Shown here in pieces: positions 37,165 through 48,589 of a stretch of 64,000 bases of DNA. The stretch is taken from assembly GCF_006345805.1 (NCBI RefSeq), contig NC_043001.1:67146001-67210000 (forward strand), in the 5' to 3' direction. Position 1 is the stretch's first letter. Each line of letters opens with the position of its first letter. Position numbers and translations under genes: made by a program. Source of the DNA: Octopus sinensis (Eukaryota). Below the pieces are notes generated by a model that saw only the letters and a list, made by a program, of their open reading frames with translations, made no database searches and was not told where the DNA came from.

Positions 37165-39810
37165 ACCAGATCTGTGGATGGTGCAAAGTCCCCTCTGAAC
37201 CCAAGGTAACGTGGTTATGGAACAATGTAGATGACAGGGCCATTAGGGAAAAGAAACAGGAATGGAAGGACTGGAAAAATGGTGGTAGCAGGGAATTGTA
37301 TCAGATTGCCAGAAGGGAAGCTAGAAGACAGGTTTATTTAGCCAGAGGGGAAGCAGATAAGAAAACATTTTCCAATGTTCTATGTCATGGGGACCAAAAA
37401 CTTGAAGTGTTTCATGTTGCAAGATATGAGAGAGAATCATGATCTCATAGGAGAGAAATATGCCCGCATGGAAGATGGCTCACTTGCATTTAATGAGGCT
37501 GCAAAGAGAGAGACTTGGAGATGTCACTATAAAAGGTTGCCAAATGAAGAGAATGAATGGGAGAAAGAGAGTCTGTCGAATGTCAACCCAACAGATGGAC
37601 CAGCTATTCGAATTGACAGTACCTTGGTAGATAAAGCAATTTAGGGTATGAAGACAGGGAAAGCTCCTGGCCCATCAGGAATCACCACAGAGATGTTTAA
37701 AATATCCGGTGGTGTCGGCTATAGCCTATATTGACAGTACCTTGGTAGATAAAGGTGATACATGAAGGAGTCATAACCAATGACTGGTGTAGCAGCACCA
37801 TAGTCAACTGCTACAAAGGTAAAGGTGATGCATTAGATACAAATAATTACAGAGGTATCAAGTTGTTGGATTAGGTAATGAAGGTCACGGAGAGGATCAT
37901 AGCCCAACTAATTATGGAGAGAGTCAGTCTAGATGAGATGCAGATTGGGTTTGTGCGAGGGAAAAGCACCACTGAGGCTATATTTCAGGTAAGACAGCTG
38001 CAGGAGAAATACCTAGCCAAAGATAAACCCTTGTACCTAGCTTTCGTTGACATGGAGAAAGCTCGTGACAGGGTCCCCCCGATCTCTTATCTGTTGGTCA
38101 ATGCAGAAACTGGGGATAAATGAATGGTTAGTGAGAGCTGTACAAGCCATGTACAGGGATGCTGTCAGTAAGGTGAGGGTTGGCAATGAGTAGAGTGAAG
38201 AATTCCATGTAGGGGTAGGGGTCCACCAAGGATCAGTCCTCAGCCCCCTTTTATTCACCATAGTCCTCCAGGCAATAACAGAGGAATTCAAGACAGGATA
38301 CCCCTGGGAGCTTCTCTATGCTGATAACCTAACTCTAATAACTGAGTCACTATCAGAACTAGAGGAGAAGTTTCAGGTGTGGAAGCACGGTCTAGAATTG
38401 AAGGGCTTCAGAGTCAAACTAGCAAAAACCAAAGTCTTAAGAAGTAGGAAGACAGACAAACCACAAATCTCTTCAGGTAGATGGCCCTGCTTGATCTGTA
38501 GAAATGGCACAAGTAGAAACTCTATAAGATGTACCTGGTGTAAGCTATGGACACATAAGAAGTGCAGCAATATCAAAGGAAGGCTAACTGGGAAGATAGT
38601 TTTTGTGTGTGGCAAATGCTCAGGAGCAATAAACACTGAAAATATGCAGAAAACAGCTTCTGTCACATTCCAGGGGGAAAAACTAGAAGTAGGTGATAGC
38701 TTCCCTTACCTAGGTGATCAAGTCAGTAGTGGAGACGGATGCTCTGAGAGTATAGGTGCTAGAATAAGAATAGTCTGGGAAAAGTTTAGAGAGATCCTAC
38801 CTCTGCTGGTGGCAAAGGCCTCTCACTTAGAGTAAAAGGTAGACTGTATGATGCATGTGTGTGAACAGTCATGCTACATGGCAGTGAAACATGGGCCATG
38901 ACTGTGGAGGACATGTGTAAACTTGCAAGGAATGAAGCTAGTATGCTCTGCTGGATGTGTAATGTCAGTGTGCATACTCGACAGAGTGTAAGTACCTTGA
39001 GAGAAAAGTTGGATATAAGAAACATCAGATGGGATGTGTAACAGAGATGACTACACTGGTTATGTGCTGTGTATGGTTATGAGGACAGCTGTGTGAAAAA
39101 GGGTGACATCCTAGCAGTAGAGGAAACCTGTGGGAGAGGTAGACTCAGGAAGACCTGGGATGAAGGGGTGAAGCACAACCTTTTAAAAGTTGGACCTTAC
39201 CAAAGCGATGACAAGTGACCGAGACCTTTGGAGATATGCTGTGCTTGAGAAGACCTGGCAAGTCAAGTGAGACCGTAACCATGGCCTATGCCAGTGGTGT
39301 ATAACCAGCCCATTTAAGAGTACCCTTCAATCATTGGGCAATAAACTGTGCTTGAGAAGATCTGTTGAGGCAAATGAAGTCGTTGTCATGGCTGATGACA
39401 GTACCACCTGATTGGCACCTGTGCCGGTGACATGTAAAAAAGTACCATTCAAGCATGGTCGATGCCAGTGCCACCTGACTGGTCCCATGCCAGTGGCACA
39501 TAAAAAGCATCATTTGAGCATGATTGTTGCCAGTGCTGCCTGACTGGCTCCCATACTAGTGACATGTAAAAAGCACAATTTGAGTGTAGTCGTTGCCAGT
39601 GCCGCCTGACTGGCTCCTGTGCCGGTGGCACGTAAAAAGCACCTACTACATTCTTGGAGTGGTTGGCATTAGGAAGGGCATTTAGCTGTAGAAACATTGT
39701 CAGATCGGATTGGAGCTTGGAGCAGCCGTCTGGCTTGCCAGCCCTCAGTCAAACCATCCAGCATGGAAAGCAGACGTTAAATGATGATGACAACATGATG
39801 ATGATGATGA
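37165..39810 (+). mobile_element. RTE-clade LINE, ~2.6 kb, RT with internal PHD-type finger, disrupted
   Basis: 'MKTGKAPGPSG', 'NYRGIKLL', 'QIGFVRGKST', 'AFVDMEKA', 'GVHQGSVLSPLLF', 'LLYADNL', 'FPYLGD' and 'LHGSETW'. The 3' UTR has ~58-bp tandem repeats and (GAT)n. Confidence 0.95.
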
Positions 39811-39864
39811 TATATATATATATATATATATATATGATATTTATATATATCTTTTCCTTTTATT

Positions 39865-40245
39865 TTTTACTTGTTTTAGTCATGAGACTGCGGCCATGCT
39901 GGGGCACTGCTTTAAAGAATTTTAGTTGAACCAAATAACCCCAGCACTTATTTTCTTTTTATGCCTGGTACTTATTCTATAGATCTAATTGCTGAACCTT
40001 TAAGTTACAGGGATATAAACACATCAACACCAGTTGTCAAGGAGTGGTGGGGGACAAACATCAACACATAGATATATACATACATAGATAGATACAAGAT
40101 GGGCTTCTTTCAGTTTCCATCTACCAAATCCACTCACAAGTCTTTGGTCAGCCAGAGGGTATAATAGAAGACATTAGTCCAAGGTACCACACAGTGAGAC
40201 TAAACCCTGAACCATGTGGGTGGGAAGCAAACTTTTTACCACTAA
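39865..40245 (-). mobile_element. SINE family A, older diverged copy (followed by a degenerate + strand head at ~40255-40370)
   Basis: Similar to the reverse complement of 428-819. Confidence 0.8.
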
Positions 40246-40596
40246 GAAATTTGGTTTTAAACCATGTGGTTTATGGTTCACTTCATTGGGTGACAATTTG
40301 TGCAAGTGTTTTGTACTATAGACTTAAATCTTGTGAATAGATTTCGTAGACAAAAACAGGAAGAAGACCATTGCATGTACATGCATGGTTGTTTACACCT
40401 GTGTCTACTGGTACAGTACAGATAGCAGTGTTGTCAGTTTTTCCTGCCAACAAATTATCTGTGTGGAATAAGAGATCACTTACATGAGAAACAGGTAACA
40501 GTGAGAATCAAGAAGGGCATCTAATTGTAAAACAATGCCACAAATACTATATTTCTCCAAGCCAGGCAATAAAGAGATCAAGCTGTCTTTTCAGTT

Positions 40597-40666
40597 TTGC
40601 CTGATGATTGTTGATTTAATTTTCTACACTTAATAGGTTCTTCAACATGAAACCATTTGGTAACAT
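40597..40666 (+). ncRNA. Type I hammerhead motif with a decayed stem I
   Basis: CUGAUGA-(U)UGUUGA...UCAACA(U)-GAAA-CCA(UU)UG-GUA. Core, stem II and stem III are recognisable; stem I is poor. About 130 bp upstream of (TA)n. Confidence 0.6.
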
Positions 40667-40793
40667 GAATGGAAAGCTATGAGTCTAAATTGTATAAATA
40701 ATATACCTACCCTATTACTTAATATACAAGTACCAGTATATTTCTGACTTTTAAAAACTTACTGGACAACTAATATATGCACATATTGTATGC

Positions 40794-40850
<57 letters not shown>

Positions 40851-42206
40851 TACGTGTTTGTGTGTATGCATATATATCAATAAATGTATATATGTGTGTG
40901 TGTGTGTTTGTGTGTATACACATACATGCCAGCCACAACATTAAAACAATATCACATAAAATGAAGCCATTCCTGACCATTGAGGAAAGTGCATTCATTT
41001 AAAACATCTTTTTTCTAATTCTACTTTTGTCAAATCCGTCAAAATTTATAAATAGAGAATGGAAAAAAGAAGAATCCAGATTTGTATTATTATTATTATT
41101 ATTAATTTTTTTTGTGGCTTTATTTCCAAAGATCAATAAAGTAGGATATAAGAGGAAATAATCTGGCAACTCATACCAGTAAATACATACAAGTAATCAT
41201 ATTGACTTCCACCCCACTTCACTCTACTATACCTCTACACACACACACACACTTGGTTTTAGAATATATAACACAGTTCCATGAATATTCAGTAAAGTTC
41301 TTCTCATACAAAGAAATGCCTACAACCAATATTTTATTTTATGTTTCAATATATTTAAAACTGCAATTTCTATCTCCTATATTTAAAACAAGAACCATAT
41401 CCCTCCTGCTCCCTCCCTGGTTTATATTAAGTATCCGATTACAGCAATATTTTTCTGTTCAGCAGACTGTGTTAGATTAACCCTTTAGGTACAAACTGGC
41501 ACCCCACCACTGCTTTTATTATACAAAATATCTCACTTTAGAAATGTCCAAATTTAAACTTAAACCTCTTTTTTTTTCTCATTATTGATTTTATTTCAGA
41601 ACCTTTTTTGCTCAAGTTATGTTCCAAACAACAGCCTTCAGTAGCAATAAATGATAGATGGTGGTGGTGAGGTAGTGATGTACTGGTGTTGGGGGTAGTG
41701 ATGGTGACACTGGTGATAGTGATTTTGGTTGTGGAGGTAGTGGTGGTTGTTGTGGTAGCAATAGTGGTTGTAGTGGTGATAGGGGTGGTCAGGTTCTAGT
41801 GATAGTAAAATGGTAGTGATGTTTGTAGTAGTGGTTGATGTGGTAGTAGTTGTTACTCTAGTTCTATGCGAGGAAGGAAACAAAGACCTACTCTGAATAT
41901 TTACAACAGAAGAAACTCTACTGAACAACAGCCAAAGATCAGTGTGGTTGTTTTGCTGTTGTTTAGCCCTAGGTCAACCCTAACTCAGTAGACCAATGAT
42001 CAAATGAGTTCTGTGATCATGCAGTCTTGATCGCAAGTGCAATTTCATTTTTATAATATCAATCTTCATCTTTAAAACAGTATACTGTTGTGTGGAGGAG
42101 ATTTAGCTGTTATTTCTAGCAGATTGAGAGACCAGATCTACTACTATGTTAGGACAGCCACCCAAAGCTTAAGGTACCCAAGGACCAGTGAATAGAGAAT
42201 ACTTAC

Positions 42207-42491
42207 AGTAAATACTGAGGGGTGGAATGGTTTGACAATATGTAGTGAAGGTTTGTTCTTCATATTTGGCATAACAGGTGAAGATATGTCCATTTTTGTC
42301 TCTGGTTGCAGAAATGGTCAGTGTTGATGACACTGTGGAACTGGTTATATTGCTGTCTGTGTCCATTATATCTGGTCCATGGTACCATTCCAGATGTGGG
42401 GCATTCAGTCCAGCATAATTGACTGAACAGTTAAAGTGGGTTAATACATTGACCATTAATGGCATTGGTGGTATGGAGCAGTGCGGCTTTT
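42207..42491 (-). CDS. Ig-domain exon (C2/CD80-like type) of the same immunoglobulin-superfamily gene
   Basis: tctcttttacag acceptor and GTAAGT donor; 285 bp, phase 1-1. KPHCS...FNCSVNYAGLNAPHLEWY...VSSTLTISATRDKNGHIFTCYA...LSIY. Joins 21703 in frame (T|TT, giving IYFPVRV). Confidence 0.93.
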
Positions 42492-42879
42492 CTGTAAAAG
42501 AGACAAGAAGAATGGTAAACAAGTGGAGACTTTAATAACTTTATCAATGATTTCAAAACATCATTCTGTTGTTGTATACAAGGAAAATGAATACAATGTA
42601 GGTGCATGTATTTAAATGTACATTCTGAATATTGTTGTTGCTTCATCCCCAGGTCTGCCTTGTTTTAGCAGATTTTTGTCCTGTGATGTTCCAACCATGA
42701 CAAATCCATATTAGTTTCTGAACTTCATTATGAAATCCAGTGTACCCCTTCCCTTTTCATCAAAACATTAGAAAGTGATAACTAAAAGAACAAAGAAGGA
42801 TCCCTTTGTCAGGCTCCCACACAGTTGTCTTCCATCTACCAGATTTCCCACACAAGGATTGGGTCACCATGTGAATTAA

Positions 42880-43420
42880 CATACACAGAAAAATCATTGT
42901 CAGGAAGGCAAATCCAAAAGATCAGTACATTGGGGAAGAGGGACTGTACAGAGTTGTTAGTATGGGCATGGAGGGTGAGTGGGTGTGGACAATATAGGTG
43001 ACAGAAGGATGAAAGGTGAGAGAGTGAAAGGTACTTGACTATAGGAGGTACAAGACCAGTTAGCTTTAATGAGCAGAAGCCACTATAGTGGTGGTAAAAA
43101 AAAAAGCTATAGAGAGGACACAATATGTCAGTGGGCCAATCCCTATCAATCAAACATTTCAAAAGTGCTGTGTCAACAAAATTCTTGGTGGTATTCAGGT
43201 ACCTTTCACTCAGTCACCTCTCATTCTTCTGTCTTCTATATTATCCATCCACCATTGGCTGCCTGCTAACAACTCTATGCAGTTATTCTTCCCCAGAGTT
43301 CCATCTTCTGGAATGGCATTCTTACCAATGTTTGTCTGCAGCTGTTGACCAACACTAACTACATTGATCTAACAGGTTTTTAAAGACCTGCATCTGCTAT
43401 GCATACAGCATTGACCCCTT
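42880..43420 (-). mobile_element. Degraded L2/CR1-group LINE 3' fragment
   Basis: Remnant 'FFYHHYSGFCSLKLTGLVPP...QSLFPNVLIFWICLP' resembles LINE C-termini of the FYRYY.G.CS..L..LVP...SFFP....WN.LP type. Confidence 0.55.
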
Positions 43421-44310
43421 AAATAAAGCAATAAAAATATAAACAACAACAATCATCAGGCAAAGAACTGAATTGTGATTCTCTATTTAGCAGCAGTCAT
43501 AGAATCACTTTGGATGTAGGATTTTTGATGCTGCAAGTTTACAACCATGTTTATGATTGTTAATGAGTGGGATGGTTTATTTGTTCTAGCATTCATTTAC
43601 ATCATAGAAGCTTGGATAAGATGTGAAATAAATCATTTTAAGGGTAAGTCTTGAATTGGATATAGTTATACATGATAACATGTGATATACTGTCTTTAAA
43701 AGCTTTTAGATAGGAAAAGATCAAAGACTACAGAAGCGACATGGGTTCGTGTACCACAGGTAACTGTCAAACTTTTACCCATTTCCAAAGTTTTCCTTTA
43801 ATCCAATATTATCATGATCATCATTTTAACATCTACTTTACCATGACTCAGATGGAACTCACTGAAACAGATTTTCTACATCCAAAGCCCCTTCCTGTTG
43901 CCAAACCTCACCTGTTTTCAAGCACACATGATTTTGATGGAAGACTGGAGATGAACAACTTTGCTTGTATGAAGGTGCTATTCATTTACAACCATCATAT
44001 GATATCATGACAAGAGTACACACAAACATACACACATATGTACATGCATACAAATATACTTACATATATACACATAGAAAAAACAAAGAATGGAGATGCA
44101 TTATCAATGATTCATGTTGCTTACATGTTTCAAATAGTTTAGCACAATGCATCTATTGCTCATTGGGGTTTGCATGTTTAATCAATCTATCAGTTGATCG
44201 ATTGATTAACCAAAACTACAAAACTGCTGAATTATTCTTTTCAAAGTTTTCATTGTTTTTCGCTAAATTCTGTATACATTGAGACCATGTGGAAGGGGGT
44301 TAAGAAGGTA

Positions 44311-44519
44311 TATGAAGGGGTGCTAAAAAATTCTTGGCTTTGAGTAAAAGAAAATACAGGCGGATCAGTTAATTGTGATCTTATTTAACATATTCCCATC
44401 TCAGATTCACACACTTATTGCAGCTGTCCTTCAGTTTTTCTAAGCCCTGTAAAAGAACTAGGAAGGTTGGGCCTTTCGAGATACCCTTAAAGCCAGAAAC
44501 TTTTCAGTACCCCTTCGTA
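44311..44519. mobile_element. mariner-type MITE (~209 bp)
   Basis: Imperfect ~30-bp TIRs TATGAAGGGGTGCTAAAAAATTCTTGGCTTT / AAAGCCAGAAACTTTTCAGTACCCCTTCGTA, with TA ends. Confidence 0.8.
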
Positions 44520-46177
44520 CATACCAGATATAGGTCTTTATTTTTATCGTCTAGTACCTCTTGTGTGTCCAAAAAAGGTATTTTTTATTAAATGCTATTA
44601 ATTTAATGACTGGTACACAGTGTTTATTTCTGTCTACTAGGTACAAAGTGCTGTTTCAGTTTCTGCCTACCAAATTCACTCACAAGGTTTTAAACAGCCA
44701 AGGGCTGTAGTAGAAGACACTTGCAGAAGTTATTATTTGTAACTATATCTATTTCAAAACTTAACCTTTAAAACAATACATTTCAGATCTTCTTGAAGCA
44801 TCTACATTTTCATGATGTAAACAGACTTGGGTTTCTCATTTGTGAAACTAAAGTTTCTTATCTAAGGTAACCTTTGGCAGAGAAGCTAAAGACTACTTTA
44901 TTATAATGGTTAGCACAACTGTCATGGGTACAGAAGACGTGGTTTCAAGCCTGCAAGTAGCCCCTTTGACCTTTTATTTCAATCTAAGGTTGTTTTTATT
45001 TTAATCCAATATATGTTGTTATTTATAGCTGTATCCAATTTCAAACACACCCTTAAAATAATTAATTGCTCCACCATATGCATTTCCTGTAAACCCTTCA
45101 ACCATGAAATAAGAATGGAACCTGACTTTGAGGAATGAAACAATACTGAACACGAAGTGGCATATCTAGTTAGGGTACATAAGAGAATTGTGGGAGTGGT
45201 AATGTTTAAACTTAGATAGTTAGTCAAGCACCTTAACCTTAACAGACATTGTGTCTACATAATGACACAATTAAACAGATAATCAATAAATAATTGTATA
45301 ATAGTGGATGGAAGGAAACCTGTTTTTGTAAGAGTTATACAATAAATATTCCCACAGCAAGTTAAATTATTTGCACAAATTTTTGACTCTAAAGCATTGA
45401 TACCAATATTGTTGTTGTGGCGGTAATGGTGGTGAAGGGCTGGTCTAGTATTGATTCAACAAAACCATGGCAAAAAATATAATTGACTGTTCTTGTCGTT
45501 CCTGTTTAACCCTAGCACTAATCAAGAGAATATCCCTATCATGACCACCTCACATTATTAGCAAAACATAGTATACCTAGGACTGTATTGTTTAATGTGT
45601 CTTTACTAATTTAAGATGGTAGGGTGTGATTTTGAAAGATATGTGGTTGCTACTTCTGATATTTTGAGCAACCAGTTAGAAGCCACCCTTGTTAGCTGAA
45701 GGTAGATGGGTAAATAACAGGGTAGGATTCACTCTTACTTCTTATAAAAATTTCAATATCCTGAAATAATGTATCAGAAGTTCCTCCTCTAAATATATTT
45801 CTTCATCATTGTCACAATTATTATATCCTTACCATATAACCTTTGCATTTTGCCTTCAGACACACACACACAAACAATAATATTTCTATTTCAGGTCGAC
45901 AATTGTTACAACAACTCCTTGCTGACTATTCATATAGTATGTCTATAGACATGTATGGTCAAGTCAATGCATGCTGCATAATGTATATCTCATATCAGTC
46001 CAGGGAGGGGTTTCATTGGAACCATTTACAAAAACAGTACATTAAATAATTAGTTTCCACAAGGACATTCTCCTTTTGCAATTTACAAACAGCTGCCACC
46101 TGTGTGAGTGCTTCCCAAAGTAATACCAAGATTATCATCCTATCTATCCTAATCTTATATATATGTTTTGTTTGTTC

Positions 46178-46470
46178 CTCCTCGAGTCATGCCTGGCTCA
46201 TATGGCCAGTTTCCCGGTTTCCTTGGCATATAGGTTCCCCACCTGGATGGGATGCTGGTCCGTCGCAGGTGAGCTGCAAGATGCAGGAGGAAAGAGTGAG
46301 AGAAAGTTGTGGTGAAAGAGTCAGCAGAAGTTCGCCATTACCTTCTGCCGGAGCTGTGTGGAGCTTAGGTGTTTTGCTCATAAACACACACATCGCCTGG
46401 TCTGAGATTCGAACCCGCGATCCCTCGACCACGAATCCGCTGCTCTAACCACTAGGCCATGTGCTTTCAC
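46178..46470 (-). mobile_element. SINE with a family D head but a different (V-domain-like) 3' half
   Basis: Head and middle are homologous to 28880-29069. The 3' part CCTGCGACGGACCAGCATCCCATCCAGG...GAAACCGGGAAAC is unrelated to 28773-28880. Confidence 0.8.
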
Positions 46471-46494
46471 ATACACACACACATTTCATCTGTT

Positions 46495-46965
46495 ATCTTT
46501 TACTTGTTTTAGTCATTATACTGTGGCCATGCTGGGGCATTGCCTTGAAAAAATTTTAGTTGAAAGAATCAATTCCAGTACTTTATTATTCTTTTAAAGC
46601 CAGGTACTTGTCATATCAGTGTCTTTAGTTAAACTGCTAAGTTATAGGGATGTAAACACACCAACACCAGTTGTCAAATTGGTGGGAGACAAACAGAAAC
46701 ACACACATAAACGCATAGATATGACAACTTTTCGCAGTTTCTTTATATATATATATATATATCAAGGGTGGTATATCATCATCATCATCGTTTAATGTCT
46801 GCTTTCCGTGCTGGCATGGGTTGGACAGTTTGACATGGAGCTGGCCAGCTGGGAGATGTTCAGACTCCAATTATCTCTTATGGTATGGTTTCTATGGCTG
46901 GATACCTTTCTTAATGCCAACCACTTAACAGAGTGTGCTGGGTGCTTTTTATGTACCACTGGCAT
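46495..46965 (-). mobile_element. SINE A 3' part (46495-46710) and RTE 3' tail (46775-46965)
   Basis: Similar to the reverse complements of 640-819 and 7470-7620. Confidence 0.7.
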
Positions 46966-47038
46966 GTATGCATATATATTGTCAGTAACTCATAAATCCA
47001 AATGAGAAGCACACTCTTAAGTTATAGAGCAGTAGAGT

Positions 47039-47229
47039 AATTAGATAAAGATAGTTATGGCTGGTCTATGAGGTTACCCTGGTTTCATGTCCATAAAGCA
47101 CTTGGCTTTATGGTGTTTCTTCAGACCCAAATGCAATTAAGTTCTGAAGAAACTGAAAAGCTAACCACTTTATGGACATAAAACCCAGGGTAACCTCATA
47201 GATCTGCCATACCTTTCTTTATCTAATTA
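47039..47229. mobile_element. ~190-bp fold-back element whose arms each carry a hammerhead motif (47071-47128 minus; 47141-47196 plus, mutated)
   Basis: The arms are imperfect reverse complements. The minus arm reads GGGU-CUGAAGA-AACA-CCAUAAAGC(CAAGU)GCUUUAUGG-ACAU-GAAA-CC(AG)G-GUA/ACCU. The plus arm has AAAA in place of GAAA. Confidence 0.75.
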
Positions 47230-47464
47230 TATATATATATATATATACCACTCATGCTGCATTCACCAACAAAATCCTACTGCCTCCAGCATTCACTACC
47301 ACCACCGACGCTGCCACCACCACAAGCATCAAAATTATTCATAATTGTGTTAACTTGATAATATTCATATTGTTGATAAAATGTGTGCATGGGTATGTGT
47401 GTCTATGTGTGTGAATATATAAACTATATATTTGTTTTGTTGTGTGTAAAATAAATCTTTTAAA

Positions 47465-47800
47465 TGTATGTGAGCTAAATGTAACATTTGTGTGCGTATG
47501 TGTGTATGCATAAATATGTACATATATGAAGCTAAATGTAATATTTGTGTATAAGTATATGTGTGTGTGAGAGCTAAATGTAACATCTGTGTGCATGTGT
47601 ATGAACTAAATGTAATATTTGTGTGAGTGTGTGTATGTGAGCTAAATGTAACATGTGTATGTGTGTGTGTATGTATGAAATAAATCTGTCATTTGTGTTG
47701 TGTTTTGTATGTGTGTAAACTAAATCTGTGTAGTAGCTGTTGTTGTATGTGTATTTGTTAAATGTATAATTTATGTTGCGTGTGTATGTGCAAACTAAAT
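47465..47800. repeat. Degenerate minisatellite (GCTAAATGTAACATTTGTGTG-like unit with TG spacers)
   Basis: About 8 recurrences of (G/A)CTAAAT(G/C)T. Confidence 0.7.
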
Positions 47801-48498
47801 CTACTTGTAGCTATTATAGTTGTAATAGTTTTGTGTGTGTGTGTGCATAAAATATATCATTTGTTTGTGATTGTGTGTGAGTGCAAATTAAATCTATGAT
47901 GTAGTAATTATTGTGGTAGCTGTATATGCATACTGAATGTAAAATGTGTGGTGTGTGTGTGTGTGAGTATGTTCACATGTTTGTGTATGCAGTTAATCTA
48001 CTGTTACTGTTGTAGTTGTTGCTGTTTGTAAGCTAAATCTATATGCATTGTAGTAGTAGTAGTCGTTGTTGAGTGTATAAACTAAGTGTCTCATTTAGCA
48101 TCAAATATTTAGTCTGTTAAACAGGAAATGGTAAAATCCTGAAATAATGGCGGAGAGCAACAACATGGAGATGGAAACAATGATTTCCAAAACTATTCTG
48201 TCTTTGTAAAGTGAGGGAGTCATTGAACAAATCAATCATGTCTTTATTGATCTTGATATCAATGGGAGGTATAGAGGCAATAATATAAACACATCAATAG
48301 AAGATATCACATCATAGGGTCACAGCTACTACACCTTTCACTACATATATGCATACAGACACACATATATACATAAATGCATTCATATACACAGATCAGT
48401 TAAATAAAAACATACATATACACATACATGTGTGTGTGTGTGTGTACATATATGTGTGTGTGTGTGTGTTTGTGTGTATATATATATGTGTGTGTGTA

Positions 48499-48529
<31 letters not shown>

Positions 48530-48536
48530 GTGTGTG

Positions 48537-48588
<52 letters not shown>

Positions 48589-48589
48589 T

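Noticed and set aside
39390-39645. Regularly spaced ~58-bp repeats (also 7240-7480) superficially like a CRISPR array
   Set aside because: There are no unique spacers. They are tandem repeats in the RTE 3' UTR of a eukaryotic genome.
43380-43465. Minus-strand CUGAUGA with context similar to 40597
   Set aside because: No pairing stem II followed by GAAA and NUH could be found.
45885-46025. + strand acceptor-like tttcag followed by 'GRQLLQQLLAD', reminiscent of Helitron Rep
   Set aside because: Too short, with no supporting motifs or donor site.
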